Positions 48,536 to 58,549 of a DNA stretch of 64,000 bases are shown here, one piece after another. Position 1 is the first letter of the stretch, and each line of letters begins with the position of its first letter. The notes below the pieces were generated by a model. It searched no databases, was not told where the DNA came from, and saw only the letters and a list, made by a program, of their open reading frames with translations. Source of the DNA: a virus; IMG/VR virus record IMGVR_UViG_3300037851_000359, positions 32,001 through 96,000 of that record; one strand, given 5' to 3'. The position numbers and the translations under genes were made by a program.

Positions 48536-50424
48536 GTGGATAACCATACTTTACGAACAGTAGGATCATCGCCAAATGCTAATTTAAGACTTTCTTTAGA
48601 TTTAGAATCATTACTGACTTTTATTAAATTTGGATTTTGATTCAACATATAATCCCACGCTTCCGTTCCACATGATCCCAATCCTTTAAAATATGATATT
48701 TCATATGCTGATGAATGCCTACCCTTCATATATTCTTCAAAGGTTCCTTTATTATAAAAATAATTAACATTTTTATTTTTATCAATAACTTCATATAAAG
48801 GCGATTCTAAAATATAAATCATACCATATTCAAATAATTCAGGCCAAAATTTATAAAAAAAGTTAATAAGCAAACATCTAATAGCATAACCGTCCATATC
48901 CTGGTCAGTCGCAATAATTATTTTTCCATAATTTAAATTGTGTGAAAACCCATCACTATGAGGTTTTATTGGTCGTTCGCCTATCTTCAATCCTACAACA
49001 GCCATGATTGATTGCAATTCTTTATTATCAACAACATCCTTAATTGGGCTTTCATGAACATTTAAAATCTTTCCTCGTAAAGGCAGTCCTGCCATCAACT
49101 TAGAGTCACGAACCATAGATAAATTTGATATTGCCGAATCGCCTTCTGTAATATATAAACTACATTTATTCCTATCACGATGGGAACATTCTATTAATTT
49201 TGGAATTCTTTTACGATCTAAATTCTTTTGTTTCTTTTTAATCTCAGATAATAATTTTATATCATTCTTTTCATTAACATCTGTAACTATCTTTTCTATC
49301 ATTTTTGGCAAATTATTTAGCATGATATTAATTCTACGAGTAGAAAATAAATCATTAAAATAATTTTCGAAATCTTTTCTATCATTTACTAATTTTTCTT
49401 TAGTCTGTCCTTCAAATACAGGGGATTTCCAATTTAATAATACAATCATAAACATATTTTTTGATACATCTTGTGTAGTTATTTCTAATTTATTTTCTTT
49501 TTTAATTTTTTCTTTAATTGTAGAAATAAATACATCTTTAAAATAATCAATATGTGTACCACCACGATAAGTATCAGCACCATTAACATTTGAAATAAAA
49601 TCAAATATTTCTTCTTTATTTTTACAAATCGCTATTCGAATACCATCTTTAACTGATTCATATATTGAAAATTCATCAGAGAATTTTTTAATTAATTCTT
49701 CAAATTTTGGATTATAAAAATTATAAGTCTTAATAGTATTGTCTGCATTAATTATTTCTAATTTAAATTCAATCTTTGGAAACATATAAGACAATTCAAA
49801 ACACCGTTTAACAATAAGTTTAGGATTTATGGGTATTTGAAAAATTTTAGAATCAGGTTTAAAAATGATTTTGGTTCCAGTATTTCTTGATTTATGATCC
49901 ACTATTTTAGGTTTAGAAATCTTTGAAAGATTGTTTTCGTATTTTTGGGTATAAATTTTATTATCTCGTTTAATTTCGATAGTAAATTGTTCTGAGAATA
50001 TAGCAGTTAATGAAGCACCAACACCATTCATACCAACTGACATTCTATTATCGTCAGAGAAGTTGCTTCCAGACCGCAATTGAGTAAATACTACTTGCGG
50101 AGTAGGTATTTTGGCATCTTTATGTATCTCAATAGGTATTCCTCTTGCATTATCAGAAACCGTAATAAATCCAGTTTGTTGATTGTATTCAATACAAATT
50201 CGATCCCCATGCCCTTTAATATGTTCATCAACACAGTTATCAACAATTTCGCAAAATATTTTATATTCTCCTGGGATATAATCTAAATTTTCTTTAATTA
50301 ATTCTTGATTATCATTTAAAATCCAGAATGGTTGATTTGTTATTTTTTTTGAACCAATATACATTTCACTACGCAAAATACAATGTTCAACATCATTTAA
50401 TATTTTTATGTCTTGCCCGGTCAT
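48532..50424 (-). CDS. gp39: Type II topoisomerase ATPase/TOPRIM subunit (gp39+gp60 in one ORF)
   Basis: EIVDNCVDE, GMNGVG, EGDSA, PLRGK, DQDMDG, YFKGLG. Confidence 0.95.
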   Translation of the reverse strand: MTGQDIKILNDVEHCILRSEMYIGSKKITNQPFWILNDNQELIKENLDYIPGEYKIFCEIVDNCVDEHIKGHGDRICIEYNQQTGFITVSDNARGIPIEIHKDAKIPTPQVVFTQLRSGSNFSDDNRMSVGMNGVGASLTAIFSEQFTIEIKRDNKIYTQKYENNLSKISKPKIVDHKSRNTGTKIIFKPDSKIFQIPINPKLIVKRCFELSYMFPKIEFKLEIINADNTIKTYNFYNPKFEELIKKFSDEFSIYESVKDGIRIAICKNKEEIFDFISNVNGADTYRGGTHIDYFKDVFISTIKEKIKKENKLEITTQDVSKNMFMIVLLNWKSPVFEGQTKEKLVNDRKDFENYFNDLFSTRRINIMLNNLPKMIEKIVTDVNEKNDIKLLSEIKKKQKNLDRKRIPKLIECSHRDRNKCSLYITEGDSAISNLSMVRDSKLMAGLPLRGKILNVHESPIKDVVDNKELQSIMAVVGLKIGERPIKPHSDGFSHNLNYGKIIIATDQDMDGYAIRCLLINFFYKFWPELFEYGMIYILESPLYEVIDKNKNVNYFYNKGTFEEYMKGRHSSAYEISYFKGLGSCGTEAWDYMLNQNPNLIKVSNDSKSKESLKLAFGDDPTVRKVWLST

Positions 50425-51077
50425 TCTAGCCCCATTTCTTTGTATGCTTGGTTTCTTGCTTCAATAATTTTTTTCATATCGTTTTCATTTCCGCCAAAAT
50501 CAGGATGGCATTTTTTAGCTAATTCTCTAAATTTTTTATTTATAAGTTCTTTATTTACAATAGTTTCGGTTATTTGTAATGTTTGCCTCCATAATATTTT
50601 AGTTGGTTCTGGTTGTTTTGGTGGTGGTTGATTATAAGTCTTTGATCTATTATTGTCAAATTTTTTATTTTTTTGTTCTTGTTGTTTTAATTTTTCATCA
50701 GCTAATTTCAATGCTTGCCTGAACAAACTATTCGGTCCATAATATGAACTAACGTCTGTATCCCAATTAATACGATTTAAATGATCGTAATCATTATTAA
50801 CAATTTTTGGAAGTACTGATGTGTGACTAGTAAATAAATTATCATATTCCTTTTTTTGATTTATTAAATGTTTTTTTAATAATTCTGCCTGAGTATCTGA
50901 AAATTTATGTTCAATTTCTCGGACAATCAATGATGCAATTTTATATCTACATTTTTCATCATTAATATTTAACGAAGTTTTGATATTATTTGGGGCGGAA
51001 TCCCACCATTCTTGTATTTCATAGAATGTAATGGGAATCCCATTTACTTCATAAATTGCATCACCAACTCTATTCAT
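50421..51077 (-). CDS. Protein with C-terminal J-domain
   Basis: FRELAKKCHPDFGG. Confidence 0.8.
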   Translation of the reverse strand: MNRVGDAIYEVNGIPITFYEIQEWWDSAPNNIKTSLNINDEKCRYKIASLIVREIEHKFSDTQAELLKKHLINQKKEYDNLFTSHTSVLPKIVNNDYDHLNRINWDTDVSSYYGPNSLFRQALKLADEKLKQQEQKNKKFDNNRSKTYNQPPPKQPEPTKILWRQTLQITETIVNKELINKKFRELAKKCHPDFGGNENDMKKIIEARNQAYKEMGLE

Positions 51078-52374
51078 GTGCTATTGAATTAACTTTCTTT
51101 AAAATATTGTCATTACAATCTAATTTTATAAATTTTCTGGTATAAAATAATTGGGGATTATTAACAACATCTGGAGTATCAATATAATGAATATTAGCAT
51201 CATTTATTTTGAAAAATTCCGTTAAAATCATTTCAATTGTATATGGGATTCCAGAAACATTTGTAATAGTTGAATAAAAATTAAAATCATGTATAAATTT
51301 TTTGCTAATAAATTCTGATATATCATCAACATCAGTCAACATTATTTTTAAATTCTTCGGAATTGAAATTTTATTATTCTTATAAGCATTATATAACTTA
51401 TTAATAGCATTATGAGTATCATTCTTATCTTGTGAAAATAAATTTGCCAATCTAATTATTTTTATATATTTTTCTGCATTAGCAATCACATTAATATCTG
51501 GAAACACTAATATTTGATCAAACCAAGTTTCTAATTCTTTTTTAGACTTTGTATAATTTCCAATTTTTCCTTGTTGATATACATAATCAGTAGAAAAATG
51601 TAATAAATATATAGAATTATGAATACATAATTCTATTAAATGCTTTGGCACCAAATAATTCGAAAAATCAAACAAAGATTCATCATTATTTTGAACATTT
51701 GTTTTACCAATACAATTTATAATATAATTCGGAATTTTTGATTTAGTTGCTTTTATATTATTAATAAAAGTTGTTATATCTTCAATTTTTTCAAACTTTT
51801 GTGTAACCGGAATTACATGATAATTATATTTATGCATATCTTTATACAATTTCGCAACGACAGATTTTCCAAGACGGCCAGATGCCCCTAATACATATAT
51901 ATTCTTACTTGGAGTAATAGTGTGTTCATGTCGAATTTCATCAACCTCTTCAGCCTTATTAACACCTTTATATAACGAAGACGGAAAGTTTGCCGTGACC
52001 GCAATATTTGAATATGATGTATTAATATATGAATGAATAATTTCAGGTTCAACCTTAATTCGATAAACTTTATTGGGATCAGTCATAAAATATTCAAACT
52101 TTTCTCCATCTGAAAATATATAAACCATTGATGAACAAATAGTTAGAAACCAATCACATTGTTCTTTGTGCTCATGAGGACCACGCATCACCAATGGATT
52201 TGTATAGGAAAAATAACACATCTTTGGATCAAATTTTCCATCTTGATAAACATCGTCATCTATTCGCCATAATTCACTAACCCAACCACGGGTATCTGTG
52301 TAATTTTTTATAACATCAATCTTAACTTTATTATCAAAATAATTTATAATGTTTTCGGTTTCTATTGTTTTCAT
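51070..52374 (-). CDS. RmlC-like cupin epimerase fused to RmlD-like reductase
   Basis: DTRGW, RGPHEH; GASGRLG, FSTDYVY, YTKSK. Confidence 0.8.
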   Translation of the reverse strand: MKTIETENIINYFDNKVKIDVIKNYTDTRGWVSELWRIDDDVYQDGKFDPKMCYFSYTNPLVMRGPHEHKEQCDWFLTICSSMVYIFSDGEKFEYFMTDPNKVYRIKVEPEIIHSYINTSYSNIAVTANFPSSLYKGVNKAEEVDEIRHEHTITPSKNIYVLGASGRLGKSVVAKLYKDMHKYNYHVIPVTQKFEKIEDITTFINNIKATKSKIPNYIINCIGKTNVQNNDESLFDFSNYLVPKHLIELCIHNSIYLLHFSTDYVYQQGKIGNYTKSKKELETWFDQILVFPDINVIANAEKYIKIIRLANLFSQDKNDTHNAINKLYNAYKNNKISIPKNLKIMLTDVDDISEFISKKFIHDFNFYSTITNVSGIPYTIEMILTEFFKINDANIHYIDTPDVVNNPQLFYTRKFIKLDCNDNILKKVNSIAHE

Positions 52375-52652
52375 AATTCATTGCTCTGTTTATGGGAAAA
52401 AATGTATGGTTTATATCCTTCAGGAGTATAAACCGCAAAAAATACCATATTTAATCCATGATGATATAAAGAAACTCTTAAAGTATCATTATAATTCCTA
52501 GAATGATATATATAATTTGAATTAAATTTTTTCATATCATTCTCAATTTTTTTATGATCATAAGAACCATTATAGGATACAATAGATGGTATAATATGAT
52601 TATTAAAAAAATCAATAAATGATTGTCGTAAATCATCAATTGTTTTCGACAT
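52371..52652 (-). CDS. Hypothetical protein
   Basis: Coupled ORF. Confidence 0.5.
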   Translation of the reverse strand: MSKTIDDLRQSFIDFFNNHIIPSIVSYNGSYDHKKIENDMKKFNSNYIYHSRNYNDTLRVSLYHHGLNMVFFAVYTPEGYKPYIFSHKQSNEL

Positions 52653-53634
52653 GCCACAATTCCTTATAATATTTAATTGTTTCTTCTAAGGATTGCTCAA
52701 ATGGAGTATCATATAATGAAGATATATTAGAATCCGTAGTTAACGCATACATTAAATCATGCCCTTTCCGATCAGTAATATATTCAACTTTTGAATCAAT
52801 ATTAAAACTATTTTTAACATAATTTTGTATTTTTTGAACAATTTGATTATTAGTGAATAAGTTTTTTTCATCTGCAATATGAATTATATTAGGATTGAAA
52901 GTACTTTCCAATTCTATATATTTTTTAAGTATCTTAACGGTATCCTTAACATAAGTCCATTGTCTAATATTATTTCCAGTACCGTAAATTAAAATTGGAG
53001 ATTTAGTAAATATTCTATAAAGAGTTGCGGGAATCATTTTTTCATAATGTTGGTGCAATCCGAATTGATTAGCAAGCCTAAATATTACTAATTTCATTCC
53101 AAATGTATGGGAAATAGAATTTAAAAAAGATACTTGAGCGGTTTTTGATGCTGCATACGGGTTGCTTGGTCTATATGGATCAGTAATTTTGAACCATTTT
53201 TCTTTCGGAGTATCCAATTCTAGACTTCCATAATTTTCGTCAGTATCAATGTGATAAAAAATATCAATCTTGTCCATTCCTATCCAAGAAACTAAATCAC
53301 TCGTCAGCAAAGCGTTTTCATTATATAGACCAAATGGATTTTTGATAGAATTATCAACATGAGATTCAGATGCAAAATTTACAACATCACATTTATATCC
53401 AATACGATAATCTGTCATTGCTTTACAGCTTTGAATACTTATATTAAGCATTTCAATATTATTTTCATAACATAGTTTTGCATAATTGTGTTTATTTAAT
53501 TGGGCGGCATATCCCATTTTATCAACAGAAATTACTCCTACATATTTTTTAATAAAACCAGTCTCACATATATGCTTCAAAAAATTAAATCCTATGAATC
53601 CTGCACAACCAGTTAAAATTAAAAGTTTTTGCAT
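52636..53634 (-). CDS. rmlB: dTDP-glucose 4,6-dehydratase
   Basis: TGCAGFIG, ASESHVDNSI, TDENYG, PYAASK, DRKGHD. Confidence 0.9.
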   Translation of the reverse strand: MQKLLILTGCAGFIGFNFLKHICETGFIKKYVGVISVDKMGYAAQLNKHNYAKLCYENNIEMLNISIQSCKAMTDYRIGYKCDVVNFASESHVDNSIKNPFGLYNENALLTSDLVSWIGMDKIDIFYHIDTDENYGSLELDTPKEKWFKITDPYRPSNPYAASKTAQVSFLNSISHTFGMKLVIFRLANQFGLHQHYEKMIPATLYRIFTKSPILIYGTGNNIRQWTYVKDTVKILKKYIELESTFNPNIIHIADEKNLFTNNQIVQKIQNYVKNSFNIDSKVEYITDRKGHDLMYALTTDSNISSLYDTPFEQSLEETIKYYKELWHVENN

Positions 53635-53656
53635 AGTCTGAATCCTTTATAAAAGT

Positions 53657-53690
53657 TAAACCCCACGGTATTATTTTACCGTGGGGTTTA
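53657..53690 (-). terminator. Rho-independent terminator after gp32
   Basis: 14-bp perfect stem TAAACCCCACGGTA/TACCGTGGGGTTTA. Confidence 0.85.
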
Positions 53691-53714
53691 TTAAAATCAA
53701 TAGGAAATTATTTT

Positions 53715-54716
53715 TCAACCTTCAGGGATATTAAAATCTGCATCATCAAAATTTATAGAATCAGGATCTACTTTAGTTTCCGCATGGGCCGTTGCTAATG
53801 GAGCAGGAGTTGATTTTTTAGGTTCGCCAAAATCAGGTTTAGGTGTAGTTTTAACAGGGGTCGGTTTTGATGCTGGTTGATTAGATAAATCATGTACCTC
53901 TTTATCACTACCAGTACTGCCATCCTTCATACCACCATTTAAATACTCTTCCAATTGTTCGACGGTTGGAATACCGCCTAATTTTTGTATGATATAATCT
54001 TTAAACGTTGTGTATGTGTATTTTTCAACTTCGGCCCACACTCTGGACAATTCATCTTCATCTTTTGCTATTGGACTATCACGACGATCAAAGTTAGAAG
54101 CACTATAATCGGGTTGGACCTTGCCTTGAAGGTCTTTCTTCGGATTGGCGGTTAAAATAAAATCAGTACCATTCTCAGGATGAGTAAAATCTAGATTATG
54201 AGTCGCTATAGCTTGTTCAATAATTTTCTTTATTTGCTCGCCGCTTTCAAAGGGTATAACTTTTCCAATTAAATCTTTCTGATGTTCAGGAGCATCTTTA
54301 ATGTAAATCAGGGTAAATATTCGCAATTTTGATCGAATGGTTGCGGACTGTTGTTTATCTAAAGAATTTTCACTCTTATATAAGTCCCATCCTAACTTAG
54401 CAATAGGATTATTGGCTTTCTTATCGAAAGTAGTGGTATCAATGCACTTAATGCGACGATTATCACCAGCACGATTAAACATATGAATTCGTACTTCGAA
54501 CCAATGTTTACCAGTTGGGCTATCTAGGAGAGGAAGAAACCGAATCTTCCAAGTCGTTTGTTCTGCAACTTTTTTATCATTAATTTTGAGTACTGGATTG
54601 AATTTCCAAGACTCTTTCACTTCGTTTTCTTTAGGTTCTTTTACAGATTCTTTTGCTATAGTTTCTTTGACTTTATCAAAAGAAGATTTGTAGGTTTTCC
54701 AGTTTGAGTTTGACAT
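53715..54716 (-). CDS. gp32: ssDNA-binding protein (gp32-like)
   Basis: IRFLP, PDYSASNF, acidic C-terminal tail; synteny. Confidence 0.8.
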   Translation of the reverse strand: MSNSNWKTYKSSFDKVKETIAKESVKEPKENEVKESWKFNPVLKINDKKVAEQTTWKIRFLPLLDSPTGKHWFEVRIHMFNRAGDNRRIKCIDTTTFDKKANNPIAKLGWDLYKSENSLDKQQSATIRSKLRIFTLIYIKDAPEHQKDLIGKVIPFESGEQIKKIIEQAIATHNLDFTHPENGTDFILTANPKKDLQGKVQPDYSASNFDRRDSPIAKDEDELSRVWAEVEKYTYTTFKDYIIQKLGGIPTVEQLEEYLNGGMKDGSTGSDKEVHDLSNQPASKPTPVKTTPKPDFGEPKKSTPAPLATAHAETKVDPDSINFDDADFNIPEG

Positions 54717-54761
54717 AAGGTTCCTTTAAGTTTAAGGAGGGTTTATGAGGTTTAACTAAGT

Positions 54762-55364
54762 TTATTTTACCGTGAAAAAAGAGAAAAGCAAGCCTTTTAA
54801 TTGTTCGACTCTTTTTTCTATCACAGTCACAAGTTTTGGGTTTTCTTTAATCCTCCTTTCTATTTTTTTATATTGCATTATATAAGGCTTAAACATAATG
54901 CGGTCTATGGTGTTTAATTTATTTATATCAATCATATTATAATAAACAGCAATAATCCAGTCAAACTTTTTTTCTCTTATATGTTTAGGTGCATATTTTT
55001 TAATATAATCTTCAAAAGTTTTAATATTATTTTTCAAACAATAATTTTCTATAAATATAATATCTTTAATAACAGAATCATAATATTCTTGTTCAGTTAA
55101 TGCCCTTTTATTTTTAAATTCTTTAAATAATTCGTAACATTCCTCATTCATCAAAGAAAATGGTGAAAATGAATCTGGATTTTTTTCATGATTTGAAATA
55201 ATATATAATTTAATATCTTTATCAGTCATTTCACGTTTTTTAACAAAATAATCTAGTAATAAATAATAAAAATTTTTTTCAGTTAATTCATCAAATTTTT
55301 GTTTTTCTAGCTTAGACCATTTTCTAACCGATCTACAAAAATTATATAATGAATGTGGAGTCAT
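54762..55364 (-). CDS. Helicase loader (gp59-like)
   Basis: 200 aa, basic, directly upstream of gp32; assignment rests mainly on position. Confidence 0.5.
   Translation of the reverse strand: MTPHSLYNFCRSVRKWSKLEKQKFDELTEKNFYYLLLDYFVKKREMTDKDIKLYIISNHEKNPDSFSPFSLMNEECYELFKEFKNKRALTEQEYYDSVIKDIIFIENYCLKNNIKTFEDYIKKYAPKHIREKKFDWIIAVYYNMIDINKLNTIDRIMFKPYIMQYKKIERRIKENPKLVTVIEKRVEQLKGLLFSFFTVK
54764..54791 (-). promoter_or_regulatory. sigma70-like promoter TTGCTT-N16-TAAAAT
   Basis: Upstream of the gp32 leader. Confidence 0.6.
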
Positions 55365-55675
55365 TGATTTTTCTTTAATCTCTTTTTCATATTAAATAAA
55401 TTTTTATCTAAATCTTTTTCCATAAAAGTTAATAAAGATTTTTTATGATCAGAGTTTAATTTTTTAAATAATTGATTAGCATCAATATTTAATGTTTCGC
55501 ATAATGCATAAGCAATTTCAACGGGATTCATTTTTTTAACAGTCAACATTGTTACGAACATTTTATTCAATGCTTCTTTTTCAATTTTATGAACCTGTTG
55601 TGGAGTCAATTTTAACAATTTTCCTATTTGATTATACGTCATATTTTTTGAAATTTTCATTTTTTTGTCTTTCAT
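55361..55675 (-). CDS. sigma-region-4-like HTH with gp33-like C-terminus
   Basis: MTYNQIGKLLKLTPQQVHKIEKEALNKM; occupies the gp33 slot in 33-59-32. Confidence 0.6.
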   Translation of the reverse strand: MKDKKMKISKNMTYNQIGKLLKLTPQQVHKIEKEALNKMFVTMLTVKKMNPVEIAYALCETLNIDANQLFKKLNSDHKKSLLTFMEKDLDKNLFNMKKRLKKNQ

Positions 55676-55678
55676 AAC

Positions 55679-57085
55679 TTATAACTCCAAGGTTTTTTGT
55701 TCTGCGAAGACAGATTCTTGTTCTGTTTCATTACTTATTTTTGTTACATTTTGTTTATCATTTATATGAGTAACATATTGTGAATTTTCAGAAAGATCTA
55801 CAATTCTCATGTAATCATATTCAAATCTCACAAAGAAACTAAAATTGCGTTTACTAAATCGTGATTTGGCTATAGTCAAACATACTTCATTATTTTGGTC
55901 AGATTCTTTAGTTCTAGCAATTGTAACCACAGCATCAGCAGTTTGAATAATTCCCAACGAATCAGAAATATCTTCCATTCCAATTTCTTTAGAATTGAAA
56001 GAAGTACGATTAGTTTGTGATGCTGTTATTACACATATATTATGAAGACATGCTAATGCTCTAAGTTCTTCGCTAACCGTGGTTAATTTACCATAGGTAT
56101 TGTCACTAAATGATTTTCCATTTGGCCTAACAAGTTTAAGATAATCGACAATAACGAAATCATATTTAATATTTCTTTGTAATTCAATTTTTTTCATTAC
56201 TGCGATAATATCATTCGTGCAAACTTCATTTGGAGCATAATTTATATAAGAAAGAACCCCACGTTTTTTGCTTGAAGATTTTAATTGATCCCGCAATGCG
56301 ATAGCTTTTTTAATTGCTAAATGAGGGTTTTTATTTATTTCATTTAATGTAATATCAGTAAATTTGGCATCAGTTCGTTGCGCTATATAATCTTCTGATA
56401 ATTCACAAGAAATATATAACACATTATATCCATCTAAACACAAATTAACCGCAGAATCATTTAAAAACAATGATTTGCCACTATTGGAAGGACCAGCATA
56501 AATAAATAATGCTTTCTTTCTATATCCACCACCCAAATTTTCATCTAATGTGTTAATGCCAGTTGAATATACTTCTGGTCTTATAGATGTTCTCAATAAA
56601 CGACTTTCCAAATCTTCAAAGTATTCAATACCAAGATTTTCTTCAAAACTAATTCTAAATGCTTTTTCCATAATAGAAGCAACTTCATCAGCTTTACCTT
56701 CTTCTATTTTAGGAAATGCTTCAACGACAGCATTCATTATTCTTTTGGTTTTAATATATTTCTTAGTTTCTTCATGCAACCATTCTAAAGCAGAGTTAAT
56801 ATCAAAATTTAATATTGATATATTATTTAAAATATCAATACATTTTTGTTGTTCATCTGGATTTTTGCATAATTGAGGAATTGCTTTATCTTCTAAAATT
56901 TTTATTGGTGGCAGTTTGCTGTATTTTTTATAAAATATTAGAATAGCTTTGACAATCACCCCCGAAGAATATGAAAATAATTCATGTGTTATTCTGGATG
57001 AATAAAACCTAAGATATTCTGAATCTGTTAACATACCCTTTAGGATATAATATTCTATTTTATCTTGTACTTCGGGGGGTTGCAT
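55679..57085 (-). CDS. gp41: Replicative DnaB-like helicase (gp41)
   Basis: AGPSNSGKS, IVDYL, SEELRALA, TASQTNR, SDSLG. Confidence 0.95.
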   Translation of the reverse strand: MQPPEVQDKIEYYILKGMLTDSEYLRFYSSRITHELFSYSSGVIVKAILIFYKKYSKLPPIKILEDKAIPQLCKNPDEQQKCIDILNNISILNFDINSALEWLHEETKKYIKTKRIMNAVVEAFPKIEEGKADEVASIMEKAFRISFEENLGIEYFEDLESRLLRTSIRPEVYSTGINTLDENLGGGYRKKALFIYAGPSNSGKSLFLNDSAVNLCLDGYNVLYISCELSEDYIAQRTDAKFTDITLNEINKNPHLAIKKAIALRDQLKSSSKKRGVLSYINYAPNEVCTNDIIAVMKKIELQRNIKYDFVIVDYLKLVRPNGKSFSDNTYGKLTTVSEELRALACLHNICVITASQTNRTSFNSKEIGMEDISDSLGIIQTADAVVTIARTKESDQNNEVCLTIAKSRFSKRNFSFFVRFEYDYMRIVDLSENSQYVTHINDKQNVTKISNETEQESVFAEQKTLEL

Positions 57086-57105
57086 TGGTTTCCTTATTAG
57101 TATAA

Positions 57106-57133
57106 ATTATAGCAATACCAACATTTATAGCAA
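57106..57133 (-). promoter_or_regulatory. sigma70-like promoter TTGCTA-N16-TATAAT
   Basis: Upstream of helicase; built from a duplicated TATTGCTATAA. Confidence 0.65.
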
Positions 57134-57136
57134 TAC

Positions 57137-58279
57137 TCAGGGTTCGGTGGCTGAGGATTCAGTATTAGAATTTTCAATAAAATCTAATTCATCAGTATCA
57201 ACATCATGCTCCGCATATTTATGGATTTCTTCAATTTTTTGATTTAATGGTTTTAATATAGGTTGCCATACTTCTTTTGTATATAAATCTTTTTCACGGA
57301 TTTTTTTATCCAAATGTTTAACATTATACCAAGCCCCAGATTTTTCAATGAAACCATGTTCTATAGCATCATCCAATAATCCATAAACCGGATTTACCCC
57401 ACGCTTAAAGTCAATATACATATAAGAACGAGTTCCAACAGGAACGAGTCTGTTCTTGTCTGATTTGGCTATTACTAAACTACCTTTTGTATCAATAACT
57501 TTTCGGTTTTCGGAATCTTTATCGCCAGAATCTTCCTTCATTAATTTTGATTCAAGAATAATAATACCACTTGACGCATACACGAACCCTTCACCGCCAC
57601 CCATCTTAATAGTTGGAGCGCCCATCATATTTTGTTGTTCATAAGTATGATTTGTAACTATTAATGGAACAGAATTTTCGGCGCATTCACAGGTTAATAC
57701 TCTAGCTGTTCCTCGTAATTCTTTTGCCCGTTGTCCCATATCAGAGGCAGATTTATCAGCTTCCACATCGTTTAACTCTTTAGTGCCAACTAGATTACCA
57801 ACAGAATCCATGAACATTATTAATGGTATATTTTTTGTATCATCATTCGTTCGCCATTCTCTCATAAAAGCAACAGATTCATTTCTAAATTGTGAAATTG
57901 TTTTTACTGGTATATGGATTAAACTATCAGCATCAACCCCTAAATTTGTAGCAAAATTCTTATCAATAGCATTTTCAGAATCAAAATAAACAACCTGATA
58001 TCCCTTCTTTTGTGCTTCTCTAGCCGTTGATAAGCATAAATAAGTTTTGCCTGCTTTTGATGGCCCAGCTATAACCATTACGCGATTATTAGGAAAGCCT
58101 TTAAAGTATGACCCACTAATAACTTTATTCATTCCGTATGATCCTGAACTTATATATTCAGAAATATTTGACAATCTTGATTCTGTTAATATGGAAGCTA
58201 ATTTATTTTTTCCTTTAAATTTTTCTAAAAATTTATTAGCCTTTTCTCTATTTTCTTTTATTGTTTTTTCATCTGTCAT
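57137..58279 (-). CDS. uvsX: RecA-like recombinase UvsX
   Basis: AGPSKAGKT, YFDSE, MDSVGNL, TNHTY, MGGG. Confidence 0.92.
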   Translation of the reverse strand: MTDEKTIKENREKANKFLEKFKGKNKLASILTESRLSNISEYISSGSYGMNKVISGSYFKGFPNNRVMVIAGPSKAGKTYLCLSTAREAQKKGYQVVYFDSENAIDKNFATNLGVDADSLIHIPVKTISQFRNESVAFMREWRTNDDTKNIPLIMFMDSVGNLVGTKELNDVEADKSASDMGQRAKELRGTARVLTCECAENSVPLIVTNHTYEQQNMMGAPTIKMGGGEGFVYASSGIIILESKLMKEDSGDKDSENRKVIDTKGSLVIAKSDKNRLVPVGTRSYMYIDFKRGVNPVYGLLDDAIEHGFIEKSGAWYNVKHLDKKIREKDLYTKEVWQPILKPLNQKIEEIHKYAEHDVDTDELDFIENSNTESSATEP

Positions 58280-58314
58280 AGAATGCTCCTTATGAAGTGT
58301 TTTTGGTTCTGTAT

Positions 58315-58342
58315 ATTTTATCTTTTTAATTATTTAAATCAA
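58315..58342 (-). promoter_or_regulatory. sigma70-like promoter TTGATT-N16-TAAAAT
   Basis: Upstream of uvsX. Confidence 0.65.
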
Positions 58343-58352
58343 GTATTTTTTA

Positions 58353-58535
58353 TTAATTTTTATTTTCATCAATTTCAGTTAAATAATTAGTTACCATTTC
58401 GGAAAAAAATACCATAAGTTGTTGTTTATTTATTATGGTATCGTCAAACGATAATACAATATTTCCGTCTGGTTTTATTTTTAATTCAGCAACTATAGTA
58501 TCTTTTATAATATCTTTAGCATTGGTTTTTTTCAT
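58353..58535 (-). CDS. Small hypothetical protein
   Basis: AAGGA RBS. Confidence 0.55.
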   Translation of the reverse strand: MKKTNAKDIIKDTIVAELKIKPDGNIVLSFDDTIINKQQLMVFFSEMVTNYLTEIDENKN

Positions 58536-58549
58536 ATTTTTTTCCTTTG

